This document shows positions 16,492 to 25,480 of a DNA stretch of 33,668 nt, piece after piece. The notes under the pieces were generated by a model, which searched no databases, was not told the DNA's origin, and worked only from the letters and a program-made list of their open reading frames with translations. A program made the translations under genes and the position numbers. The stretch spans positions 1 through 33,668 of the IMG/VR virus record IMGVR_UViG_3300010384_000118. One strand, 5' to 3'. Numbering within the stretch: position 1 is the first letter of the stretch; each line of letters starts with the position of its first letter. This DNA comes from a virus (taxonomy: Duplodnaviria > Caudoviricetes).

Positions 16492-18827
16492 CAGCCTATT
16501 TGTTTGCCAAAGAAGTTCTTTTCTCTTTGTGATAAACCATCTAATTGACCATGAAGTTCTTCAGCCATGTCTTTTTCAACTAGTTCCCTATAGAGATTAG
16601 AGATATGGTCTACATCAAGGGGTTTTCTGTTTTTAATGTCCTTGAAAACATCAGTTAGTTTGCTGTTTATGGCTACTCTTTCTGTATTTGAGACAATATT
16701 AGACTTACTTTGTCTTTCAAATCCAAATTTTTCAATTAGATTAGCCGCTTTATCTGGTGTTACAGTTCTTGGTTCACCAATGAGCCTTCCATTAACATCA
16801 GTAAGTGTTAAATCAACAGCCTTATGATTAGCTTTAGAAGGTTCAGCTATAAGTGTTTGACCTTCAGCATTAGTATAAAAGTTTGGTTTTTCAGTAGGGA
16901 TTTTTTCATTCTGACCATAAAGGTTACGACCTGAATAAGCTTCCGCTGGAATCTCACCACCGGGAAACAAATCTTCCATTTTTCCAGATGCAATGTAAGG
17001 ATCAGACTCATATTGTGCTGCACGTTGTGCATATTCCTCTGGTGTATAACCTAGAATTGTTCTCTGAACGTCTTTATAGTTGTGTTTTTTGTTGGAAAAC
17101 ATTGATCCAATGGCTTTTTCATAGTCGCCACCATTAGAATCTAAATTTCCTCTTAAGGTTCTAGCTTGTGTCTCAATCACAGTCATTGGATCAGCATCAC
17201 CAATGTTGTATTTATCTGCCATCATAAGGTTTCTAACAACATCAGGATCAACCTTGTATTTGGCTGAAATTTCATCAATTAAAGGATAAAAAGCTTGTCT
17301 TGCCTCAAGATTCTGACCACCAGCTTGCTCAGTGTTATCTCCTACATAACGACCTTTATATAAAGAGTAATCAGGTTGACCTTCAAAGGATTGATCACTG
17401 AAAGGTAAAGGACTAGATGCTGTTTCCTCTGTTGATTGAGGTGTAAAGGTTGGTTCTGTTTGAACTTCAGGTTGAGCAGCTATTTTTTCACCGTCATTAC
17501 CTAAGAATTTAACAGCTCTTTGTCTTAAATCCCCAGATAGCATACGTTTTGCAACACCAGCAGCTGATGTTCCATTGCTATCTCTAGAACCCCAATACTT
17601 ACGTTCAGGACTACCAGCTAAAACAGTAGAGTATAAAGCAGTCTGTCTATCAGCTGGATTGGTATATTTTGAGGCATCAAAACCTCTGCCTTTAAAGTAT
17701 TTGACAACATAAGGCATCTGAGATTCAAATGTATTGTGGACATTAGGATTAAAACCAGTCTCTTTCATAGCACCTGGGCCAAACTGGATAAGTCCGTGAT
17801 AAAGTCCTTTATCTCCACCAACAGCTTTAGGATTTAAATCTGATTCAAGAGCCATTACAGAGGCCAATTCCTCTGGTGAAACACCTAATTGTTCAGCTCC
17901 CCACTTTAATGCATTAATATCAGCTGGTTTTCCTGTGCCTTTGATAACAGGCTTATTATCAACAGATTGTGGAGTAAAGGTAGGTTCATGTGTCTCACCA
18001 CCTTTTAAGGCGTTAGCAAGGATTTTAGCCCCCTCTGTTACACCATGAGCTACAGCACCACCAGCGGCTCCCATAACAGCCCCTTGTGCTGCACCACTTA
18101 CACGTCCTTGAAGTCCTTCTTTAGATTCGTTTAAAGCACCTAATCCTGCGCCAATAGCAGCATCTTTAGCTACTCTTTGAGCTAAACCAACATCCTTAAC
18201 ACCTTCAGCAGCTTTTCCTAGGTTTAATGCCTCACCACCAAACAAGAAAGGTACTTGTTCACCAGCAAAACCATAGACAGGATGATTATCCAGATAAGAT
18301 TGAGTCTTATCATCATAAACACCAAGCTGTATTTGAGGCTTATAAACATCTTTTCCTTGATAAGTATTACCAATATCAGCAGGTAGACTTAAAATACCTT
18401 GACCTAAATCTCTAACACCTTTACCAGTACCTAATGCAGCAGCACCAAGTCCAGTAATAACAGAAGTAGCACCTTCTTTGTTGGCTGTTTGACCTTCTTG
18501 ATTAAAGCTATTGCCTATATTTTTACCAATTTGTTGGTAGGTTTGTGGATTAGTTAAGGCAGATGCAGTATCACCAATACCTTTAATACCAGCATTAAAG
18601 AGATTTCCAAGCCCTTGTTGAACTGAAACACCTTGTTCTGTTGGCTTTACTTCAGTTTTAGCAGGTTCTTGAGGTGGTTCAATAGGGTTTTGCTTCTGCA
18701 TTTGACTTGCCCAATTATTAAAGTCAAAGCTTTGACCTGTAGTTGGACTAGTATTGTTAGTTGGTTGACCAACAGGTGCTTGCTTCTGCATCTTATTGGC
18801 CCAAGTATTGAAATCAAAACCACTCAT
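16488..18827 (-). CDS. Internal virion / DNA-ejection protein with lytic transglycosylase-like domain(s)
   Basis: LGVSPEELASVMALESDLNPKA...YHGLIQF matches the SLT motifs ES and GLxQ. Gly/Ala-rich membrane-insertion-like segment. Second degenerate SLT-like region. Confidence 0.8.
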   Translation of the reverse strand: MSGFDFNTWANKMQKQAPVGQPTNNTSPTTGQSFDFNNWASQMQKQNPIEPPQEPAKTEVKPTEQGVSVQQGLGNLFNAGIKGIGDTASALTNPQTYQQIGKNIGNSFNQEGQTANKEGATSVITGLGAAALGTGKGVRDLGQGILSLPADIGNTYQGKDVYKPQIQLGVYDDKTQSYLDNHPVYGFAGEQVPFLFGGEALNLGKAAEGVKDVGLAQRVAKDAAIGAGLGALNESKEGLQGRVSGAAQGAVMGAAGGAVAHGVTEGAKILANALKGGETHEPTFTPQSVDNKPVIKGTGKPADINALKWGAEQLGVSPEELASVMALESDLNPKAVGGDKGLYHGLIQFGPGAMKETGFNPNVHNTFESQMPYVVKYFKGRGFDASKYTNPADRQTALYSTVLAGSPERKYWGSRDSNGTSAAGVAKRMLSGDLRQRAVKFLGNDGEKIAAQPEVQTEPTFTPQSTEETASSPLPFSDQSFEGQPDYSLYKGRYVGDNTEQAGGQNLEARQAFYPLIDEISAKYKVDPDVVRNLMMADKYNIGDADPMTVIETQARTLRGNLDSNGGDYEKAIGSMFSNKKHNYKDVQRTILGYTPEEYAQRAAQYESDPYIASGKMEDLFPGGEIPAEAYSGRNLYGQNEKIPTEKPNFYTNAEGQTLIAEPSKANHKAVDLTLTDVNGRLIGEPRTVTPDKAANLIEKFGFERQSKSNIVSNTERVAINSKLTDVFKDIKNRKPLDVDHISNLYRELVEKDMAEELHGQLDGLSQREKNFFGKQIGC

Positions 18828-18836
18828 GTAATCACC

Positions 18837-20588
18837 TTACTTTTTAAGATTAGGTAGACCTGATAAGCCACCAGCACCAATTCCACCAATTGTTTTAGGT
18901 GTTGCTCTCTTTGGAATACCCATTCCTTCAGCAAAGATTGTGTCTAACTCTTGAGCTGAAGCACCTCTTTGCAATGCTGCAATGTAACGTGCAACCTCTG
19001 CACTAGACCAGCTGCCAGATTTATTAGCTAGAGCTTGAACATTAGGATCTTTTTCAGGATGTGTTTTAAATTCTTCTAAATGTTGAGCATTAGTAGCAGT
19101 TGTATTTAGACCTTGAATCTTTATCTGATATTCTTTTGATAAGTGACCAAATGCTTCTTTCAATTGATCTTGAGTTAAGCCTTTAAGTTCTTCAGCACTA
19201 GGTGTATAGTTTCCTTTTGCTTGATCAATCTTATTGATCACATTCTGAAACTGAATGTAAGAACCAGCAGTAGCAGGTGTTCCAGTAGCAACTTTTTGTT
19301 TATCAGATTGAAGTTGTGTTCTACCTTGTGGCGAAATCATATTTCCAACAGCAGATTGGAAAGCAGATGATTGTAGGCTTTGAATAGCTTGCATTTCCTC
19401 TGGTGTAGGTTGATAGTTAGGATCATTTTGTAGCTTTGTAGATAATTGGCTATAAATATCAATATCATGAGCATATTTCTGTTGATCAACTTGTGGTTGA
19501 ATAGCTTTGTTGTAATCCTCAATATTCCCTTTTCTGGTTCTAGCTCTTGTCTCTAAATCACCAGTTGTAAGACTAGTATTTAAAGCTGTACCGGGAACAT
19601 CAGAATAAACTCTTCCTCTTTCAAGGCCAGATGCTGCATTGCCTCTAAAGGTATTCATGTCTTTGGTATATTGATCACGAGCTGATTCAACAGTATTGCT
19701 ACCATTACGAACACCAGCACCAAGACCATTAATCATATTGGCAGCTAACATATTATTAGGATTGCCACGACCATAACCAGACATCATTGCCCCTTGAGAA
19801 ACGCCTTGTAATGCTTGTTGTGCTAAAGCTGCAAAAGGATGTTGAACAGCCCAAGGTGCTTCAGGTTTAATCATGTTGTTTTGAACTTGAAATCTGTTTT
19901 CGGGTGTATCAGCAAGTCCCAAAGCATTTAGAATATGAGGCATATTGGCATCAATTTGAGCTTGTCTAGCTTCTATATTCTTCTTTTCAGCCTCAACAGG
20001 ATTCTCAATGATAGGTGTAACTTGTGGTTGAGTAGCTTGTACTTGACCTTGAACAGGTTGACTAGGAGGCATTTGTTCAGGTGGAATAGGTTGTGTTGCA
20101 CCAGTAGATGCATTATGAACTACACCAGCGCCAGTTTGTTGATCTTGAAAGACAGTAGTTCCAGTCTTTGGATCTTGAGCAACAGGTTTAAAGCTTTGAG
20201 ATGGTGCAGGTTTTGTCTGCTGTATTGGCTTCTTAGTTAAAGTGCCAGGTAAAGCATTTTCAGCAGCTTGATTGATGGTTTTAGCAGGGGTGGCCGCTGG
20301 GTTTGATTGAATAGCTTGTTGTACAGCATTGTTTGCGATTTGCTGGGCTTGTGGATGAAGCATTTTATAAGCTACTGTTTGATGATCTGGATCATACCAA
20401 TCGCCCATAACACTAGTATTCCAAGCATTTCCAATACCTTTAAAGATGTTATTCATGTCTCTAGGGAAATTGACTACATCATTGCCAGCTGAAATAGCTG
20501 TGTCAGGATAAGGAAGCTGTTTTGGTGCAGCACTCATAGTGGTAGGCATATTAGGATCTAGTTTTTTCTTTTTGTTGTTATTACTCAT
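18837..20588 (-). CDS. Internal virion / DNA-ejection protein
   Basis: Q/P/A-rich, helical, Cys-free. Position in the ejectosome cluster. Confidence 0.6.
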   Translation of the reverse strand: MSNNNKKKKLDPNMPTTMSAAPKQLPYPDTAISAGNDVVNFPRDMNNIFKGIGNAWNTSVMGDWYDPDHQTVAYKMLHPQAQQIANNAVQQAIQSNPAATPAKTINQAAENALPGTLTKKPIQQTKPAPSQSFKPVAQDPKTGTTVFQDQQTGAGVVHNASTGATQPIPPEQMPPSQPVQGQVQATQPQVTPIIENPVEAEKKNIEARQAQIDANMPHILNALGLADTPENRFQVQNNMIKPEAPWAVQHPFAALAQQALQGVSQGAMMSGYGRGNPNNMLAANMINGLGAGVRNGSNTVESARDQYTKDMNTFRGNAASGLERGRVYSDVPGTALNTSLTTGDLETRARTRKGNIEDYNKAIQPQVDQQKYAHDIDIYSQLSTKLQNDPNYQPTPEEMQAIQSLQSSAFQSAVGNMISPQGRTQLQSDKQKVATGTPATAGSYIQFQNVINKIDQAKGNYTPSAEELKGLTQDQLKEAFGHLSKEYQIKIQGLNTTATNAQHLEEFKTHPEKDPNVQALANKSGSWSSAEVARYIAALQRGASAQELDTIFAEGMGIPKRATPKTIGGIGAGGLSGLPNLKK

Positions 20589-20590
20589 CG

Positions 20591-21097
20591 TTATAAACCT
20601 ACTTTTTGTTGTGCAATTAGTGCTTGTAAACGTGATAATGGATTGTCATCAACATAGTTTGGATTAACTTGTGTTGTTTGAAAGAATGGTGTTTGTTGAG
20701 TTGTAGGAAGTTGAACTTCAGGATTCAAGATAGGTGAAGTGTTATGATCAACTTGAATAGGTGAAATATTAGGATTTTCACTACCCATTGAATCCCCAAT
20801 ATTGGATAATGAACCCAAGCCAGCAAGTAGACCTGCTTTTGAAGCATTAAAGAGTTTTCCATGTGTTTTAGTAGTAGGATCTGCCAGTGATCCACCCTTT
20901 AGATAAGAGTTGATCTTTGTATAGTCAGGAATAGAGCTTCCAGAGCCATAGCTATTGATGTTGGTATAGTCAAAGATTCCTTCATGACCAATTTTAGGTG
21001 TTTTTAATAAAGGATCAGTGGAACTCAAGAAATCCGTCTTTGGTTTTGAATTACCAAAGAGCTTTGTGATATTCCCAATCTTTCCAAATGAAAACAT
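20591..21097 (-). CDS. Small internal virion protein
   Basis: Low complexity, GLLAGLG segment, position in the ejectosome cluster. Confidence 0.5.
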   Translation of the reverse strand: MFSFGKIGNITKLFGNSKPKTDFLSSTDPLLKTPKIGHEGIFDYTNINSYGSGSSIPDYTKINSYLKGGSLADPTTKTHGKLFNASKAGLLAGLGSLSNIGDSMGSENPNISPIQVDHNTSPILNPEVQLPTTQQTPFFQTTQVNPNYVDDNPLSRLQALIAQQKVGL

Positions 21098-21107
21098 TTA
21101 TAAGCAC

Positions 21108-21854
21108 CTACATCATGAATGGAATGGCCGCAGCAGCTATTGAGCCAGCAGCACCAATAGATGGGCCTAACCAGCTGTTACCTTGATTACCTGCATTGTA
21201 AGATTGCATTTGAGCATTAAACCTACTCATGATGCCATTGAGCTGATTCTGATAGTTTTGAGAGGCTACAGAGTTTCCATAAGCACCATTAGAGTTAGCA
21301 AACTGACCTAATGACATGAACTGATTATTGACATTGTTTGAGCCATTTGAACCAAGTGTTGCTTGATTCATCAAGTTATTGGTATAGTTCTGTTTTATTT
21401 GTTCTTTGTTTAAAGTAGCTTCATTTTGAACATCCTGTAAGCCTTGAGCTTCAGTCTTATCAATGTTTTGATTGATATAATCACTAGCACCAGATGCACC
21501 TAATACACCTTTAGAGTTATAGCTATTGATAGCAGCGTTTCTTGCTTGTCTAGCTGTATCTTTAATGGGTTGTGAGTTCTTTTGAACATAAGCAGCAGAC
21601 CAATCATTTAAGTAGCTATCAGCACCATTTGGATTGATCAATTGGTTCATAGCTTTAGAAGTTAATGTATTTGCTTGCTCTTGAGCTTGTTTTTGAGCAG
21701 GTGATAGAAAAGTCTGTTGAGTCCAGCTGTTTGTGGCTTTATCATAATGATTCTGAGCAATAACATTTCCATCAGAATCCTTGATAAAAGAATCAGAAGG
21801 ATCTGGTGCTTTTGGTATTGCCGGTGCTTTAGGTGCTTTTTTGCCAGAACCCAT
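21108..21854 (-). CDS. DNA-ejection/pilot protein
   Basis: MGSGKKAPKAPAIPKAPD N-terminus, Q/N/A-rich coiled body and hydrophobic Gly/Ala C-terminus are typical of the first podophage ejection protein. Confidence 0.7.
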   Translation of the reverse strand: MGSGKKAPKAPAIPKAPDPSDSFIKDSDGNVIAQNHYDKATNSWTQQTFLSPAQKQAQEQANTLTSKAMNQLINPNGADSYLNDWSAAYVQKNSQPIKDTARQARNAAINSYNSKGVLGASGASDYINQNIDKTEAQGLQDVQNEATLNKEQIKQNYTNNLMNQATLGSNGSNNVNNQFMSLGQFANSNGAYGNSVASQNYQNQLNGIMSRFNAQMQSYNAGNQGNSWLGPSIGAAGSIAAAAIPFMM

Positions 21855-21880
21855 TGATATTCCCTCATTCCCCTAGTTAT

Positions 21881-22414
21881 TTATGAAATAGAGGCAAGAA
21901 TATATTCATTCCTTAGTTCACCATGCAAATAAACCCTAGCCCTTATCAAGCCTTCTTTCTGAAACCCAATAGATTCATAAAACCTCACCCCATTTGTATT
22001 TTCCTCATCAATGTAGGTGAAGATTCTTTTAAGACCACGATTAAACAACATGTTTTTTGCAAAATTTGCAGCCTTTAACATAGCCTTTACACATTTATGT
22101 TCTTTGATACACCAAGTATGCAGAGAACAAGCATGTAGATAATCGTTTTGATAATCCCAATTATCAACAGCTATCATTCCAACTGGTTGATCACCTTTAT
22201 AGACAACCCAAATCCAATCTTCAAACTCTGATAGTCTTTGTGTAATATCTATTGCTGCCCATTCAGTACGAACTAATCCATCCTGATAGAGATCCATTGT
22301 TTGGTTGTAGAGTTTAGCTATAAAATCAGCTCTTTCATCTGTAAAGTAGTTTTCACCACCATTAAAGAGATTCTTAAACGTAATATCATCAAACTGAAAG
22401 ATAGTCTTATCCAT
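21881..22414 (-). CDS. GNAT (RimJ/RimL-like) acetyltransferase-fold protein
   Basis: C-terminal GLKRIFTYIDEENTNGVRFYESIGFQKEG motif. The ATG at 22414, just after the nozzle stop, is preferred to 22522. Confidence 0.8.
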   Translation of the reverse strand: MDKTIFQFDDITFKNLFNGGENYFTDERADFIAKLYNQTMDLYQDGLVRTEWAAIDITQRLSEFEDWIWVVYKGDQPVGMIAVDNWDYQNDYLHACSLHTWCIKEHKCVKAMLKAANFAKNMLFNRGLKRIFTYIDEENTNGVRFYESIGFQKEGLIRARVYLHGELRNEYILASIS

Positions 22415-22415
22415 A

Positions 22416-24002
22416 CTACTTTGGTGAAACACCATATGTTCCATAGATGAAATCAAAGCCAAGTATTCTAAAGGGTTCATCAGCATTGAGATTTGAAAAT
22501 CTAATTTTGACATTAGAACCACGCCCTAATGGACCATCCTCAATGCGAATCTTTTTTACCTTTTTAGAGGTGAAAGTGCTTATGTTCCATAAGGATTCAC
22601 CAAACAAGGAAAATTCTGTTGGCTGCATATTTAATGACTTGGAAAAGTAGGTATCACCTAGATTCCAAGATAGTTCTACCTCTAAATCAAAGTTCCCAAC
22701 TTGTTCTAAGAATAAATCAAGTCTGATAAGCCTTTTGTTTAAAGCGATATTGCCTAGATTAAACCAAGATGATCCCCAATATGATTCAATAGCAACACCA
22801 TCATAAGAGTCAGATGTATCATGCTTTTGTAACCAACCATCATAACCACCTAGAATAGGTCTACTTTTATAAAATGTCCCACAACCAGCTGAGAATCCAG
22901 TTCTGATAGTCCAATACCACATAGGGCCACCTTGAGGGTTTAAAGAACCATCATCAGAGTAGTCAAGAACAATGACCTTATTGTTTTTTGGGGATGAACC
23001 ATCTGGAATAACAAACCAGACTTGCTTTTTAGTCTCGTAGTGGATTGCATAAGCTGAATTTATTTTATTTGAGTTCCAACCAGCAATAGTCTTTGTAAGC
23101 TTGGTTGATACACTGTTTGCAATGATGTTACCTACAATGTTCTGATTGATAGCGGCAGATAGCTTGTTAATCCCTGTATAATCAATGAAATACTGCTCGT
23201 TATAGATGTTGACTACAGAACGTGGTGCTATACAGCCTTTTGTAGCATTTACAACAGATAATCCAAACTCATTTGAACCACCTGAACCAATTGCAGAATC
23301 ACCAGTCAATTGATGAATGGATGCTGTTTTATAGATGATGATAGAGTTGTAGAAAGTGGAAATGTTAGTAATCGATTGACCATCATTGACGTTTACAGGA
23401 ATAAAACCACCATAGTTTGATTCAAAGGCAGTACCAACAGATTCATTCTTTGTTAGAAAGGTGATTCCACCATTTGTGGGGTCTACGGCATTTGAATACC
23501 AAATGTTTTGAGGTTTAGAACTAGCACCACTCATCCATAATCTGTTTTTCCAGACTAAAACTAATGATGGGATAGACGAATCAGTCCACCAAGGGGCTAT
23601 AGAGATTGTTGTACTATCAAAAATTAACGGCCTATCAGCACCATTGACCATGATTGCATAGTCAGAAAAAGTAGCAAATTGGAAGTATTTTCCTGGGGTG
23701 ACACCTGTATAAGCTACAGTGAAGTTCTTACCATCTTGTGAGGTATAGATTTTATCCCCACAACAGACAATGAGGTAAGATGCACCAGTTGATAATATAA
23801 ACTCGTAAACACCAGTAATAGAGGCTCCATCATTGAGCTGTGAGATATTTTGAGTAACATATCCTTTGCACTTAACGATTGATCCATCCTGATTGAACTC
23901 AACATTCTGAATCTCTGTTGCCTCATAAGGGCTTAGAGTAAGTTCATTCTTAGCTTCATTTAATCCACCTTTAAAGACGGAATAGTTAGCTGTTTGAGAC
24001 AT
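22416..24002 (-). CDS. Tail nozzle / tubular protein B-like (beta-propeller)
   Basis: FKGGLN...NVEF..G N-terminus, WKNRLW, IWYS and GCIAPRSV motifs. Follows the adaptor gene. Confidence 0.85.
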   Translation of the reverse strand: MSQTANYSVFKGGLNEAKNELTLSPYEATEIQNVEFNQDGSIVKCKGYVTQNISQLNDGASITGVYEFILSTGASYLIVCCGDKIYTSQDGKNFTVAYTGVTPGKYFQFATFSDYAIMVNGADRPLIFDSTTISIAPWWTDSSIPSLVLVWKNRLWMSGASSKPQNIWYSNAVDPTNGGITFLTKNESVGTAFESNYGGFIPVNVNDGQSITNISTFYNSIIIYKTASIHQLTGDSAIGSGGSNEFGLSVVNATKGCIAPRSVVNIYNEQYFIDYTGINKLSAAINQNIVGNIIANSVSTKLTKTIAGWNSNKINSAYAIHYETKKQVWFVIPDGSSPKNNKVIVLDYSDDGSLNPQGGPMWYWTIRTGFSAGCGTFYKSRPILGGYDGWLQKHDTSDSYDGVAIESYWGSSWFNLGNIALNKRLIRLDLFLEQVGNFDLEVELSWNLGDTYFSKSLNMQPTEFSLFGESLWNISTFTSKKVKKIRIEDGPLGRGSNVKIRFSNLNADEPFRILGFDFIYGTYGVSPK

Positions 24003-24004
24003 AA

Positions 24005-24697
24005 CTATCCCCTCTTGCGTCTGGTGTTTATGGTTGCAGAAGGCTTATAGCCATAGGTTTTACGGTTATGAACTAACATCTCACCAAGTTTTGTTGTGTA
24101 GAGGTTCTGATAGCTTTGCGCTCTAGTGTTTTCCTCTAAGAAAGCAGCTAATAAAGCTGATGCACCATAAATCAATACGTTATGATCTTTAGCTGGAATG
24201 ATTGGTGTGTCATCGTTTTCAGATAAATCATCTGGAACTACTTGATACCGTAGTTTAACGGTTGAACCTGCATCAGGGACTGGATAAAAGGTGATTTGGT
24301 TATTGAAAATATAACAGACAAAGGGAAATGGACTTGTTTGAATATTATTGATTAGAAACAAATCATAGTTATAGTCAAATACAACACGATCAAATTCGCT
24401 GTAGGTGAGTTGTTCAATTAGATAGCCATTAGTTGCAAAGCGAACTTCTTTGATAGAGTTGGGATCACAACCAGTTGGTAAATCATAAGTGCTGGTTCCA
24501 GCTATAATGCTGATTGTGCCTTCTCTTTCACGCCAAGACCAATCTAAGGAATGACCATAAACATCTCTGTAAATCTGGTTAATGAAGGTTTTTGTTTGGG
24601 GAACACGTTCAGTTGTATTGTTATCAAGATCTGTAACAGCTGTGAAATCGTTATTGGTTAAAACTTCATTGACAAGTTGGAGATAATTCACTGTCAA
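24005..24697 (-). CDS. Head-tail adaptor / tubular protein A-like
   Basis: NYLQLVNEVL...WSW...YDLP...FYPVPD...DTPIIP..H.VLIYGA pattern. TTG start. Confidence 0.85.
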   Translation of the reverse strand: MTVNYLQLVNEVLTNNDFTAVTDLDNNTTERVPQTKTFINQIYRDVYGHSLDWSWREREGTISIIAGTSTYDLPTGCDPNSIKEVRFATNGYLIEQLTYSEFDRVVFDYNYDLFLINNIQTSPFPFVCYIFNNQITFYPVPDAGSTVKLRYQVVPDDLSENDDTPIIPAKDHNVLIYGASALLAAFLEENTRAQSYQNLYTTKLGEMLVHNRKTYGYKPSATINTRRKRG

Positions 24698-24711
24698 ACC
24701 CTTCGTATTTA

Positions 24712-24754
24712 TAAAATAAAAATAGATAAGGCCCCTCTTACAGAGCCTTATCTA
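24712..24754 (-). terminator. Intrinsic terminator after the methyltransferase
   Basis: Minus strand TAGATAAGGC...GCCTTATCTA followed by TTTTTATTTT. Confidence 0.75.
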
Positions 24755-24784
24755 CAAAGGGTTTATCCCCACGATCACATTTAA

Positions 24785-25423
24785 TTATATCTTCAGAATG
24801 AAAATGTCAGATGTATCAGTGTTTTCCAGTTCAATACTAGTCCAAGAATGTTCTCTTAACAGCATATAGACCTGTAATGGCTCCCAATACTTAACCTTAT
24901 TCAACTCATGAGTATCATTGATGTTTGTAATTTGAGTGAATACTTGTGTCTTTGGATCATAATGATTCAAGATATTGATACCATTGAAAGAAGTATGACT
25001 AGGATTATTCTTTAAGGTCTGTAGTTTTGGCAGGTCAAAGATAAAAATCGAATCTTTAGATAGTAAACTATGCATTTTAGTTATAAATGCTCTTAAAACA
25101 GCTAGATTCTGCATATGATTTAAGATATTTGTACTACATAGAATCAAATCAAAACGGTTGTGAAAGAGGTGAAAGAGAACATCATCATTGATGAAGGTTA
25201 TTGATGGGTCTTTTTCTTTGGCAATAGCTACCATTTCAGCGGATAGATCAATTCCAGTTACAGTATAGCCCTTGTCTTTAAGTAATAAAGAGCTTGATCC
25301 AGTACCACAACCAACATCTAGTACCTCTTTATGGTCATCTGGTATGAATCTCATTAGAGAATCACGAACTAGCTTCCTGCTATCGTCAATAGAATCATAG
25401 TATTTGGCATGTTTGTAATACAT
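24785..25423 (-). CDS. Class I SAM-dependent methyltransferase (non-DNA type)
   Basis: Motif I VLDVGCGTG, then GIDLSAEMV, FDLIL and IFIFD. No DPPY/NPPY or PCQ motif. Confidence 0.9.
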   Translation of the reverse strand: MYYKHAKYYDSIDDSRKLVRDSLMRFIPDDHKEVLDVGCGTGSSSLLLKDKGYTVTGIDLSAEMVAIAKEKDPSITFINDDVLFHLFHNRFDLILCSTNILNHMQNLAVLRAFITKMHSLLSKDSIFIFDLPKLQTLKNNPSHTSFNGINILNHYDPKTQVFTQITNINDTHELNKVKYWEPLQVYMLLREHSWTSIELENTDTSDIFILKI

Positions 25424-25426
25424 GAT

Positions 25427-25465
25427 AAAAAAATAGAGCCAATCTTTCGACTAGCTCTATCTTTT
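25427..25465 (-). terminator. Intrinsic terminator after the major capsid gene
   Basis: Minus strand ATAGAGCTAGTC-GAAA-GATTGGCTCTAT followed by a T run. Confidence 0.85.
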
Positions 25466-25480
25466 GAGTGTTTTTGATTA

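Noticed and set aside
13560-16500. Recombinase-driven invertible segment (phase switch) around the plus-strand gene
   Set aside because: No inverted repeats at the two junctions, no invertase gene, and both junctions look adapted (shared TTAA stop, divergent promoters).
22415-22522. Long N-terminal extension of the GNAT overlapping the nozzle gene
   Set aside because: An ATG 1 nt after the nozzle stop gives a normal-sized GNAT without the ~100-nt overlap.
24785-25423. DNA methyltransferase / restriction-modification component
   Set aside because: Lacks the DPPY/NPPY and PCQ catalytic motifs, and there is no adjacent restriction nuclease.
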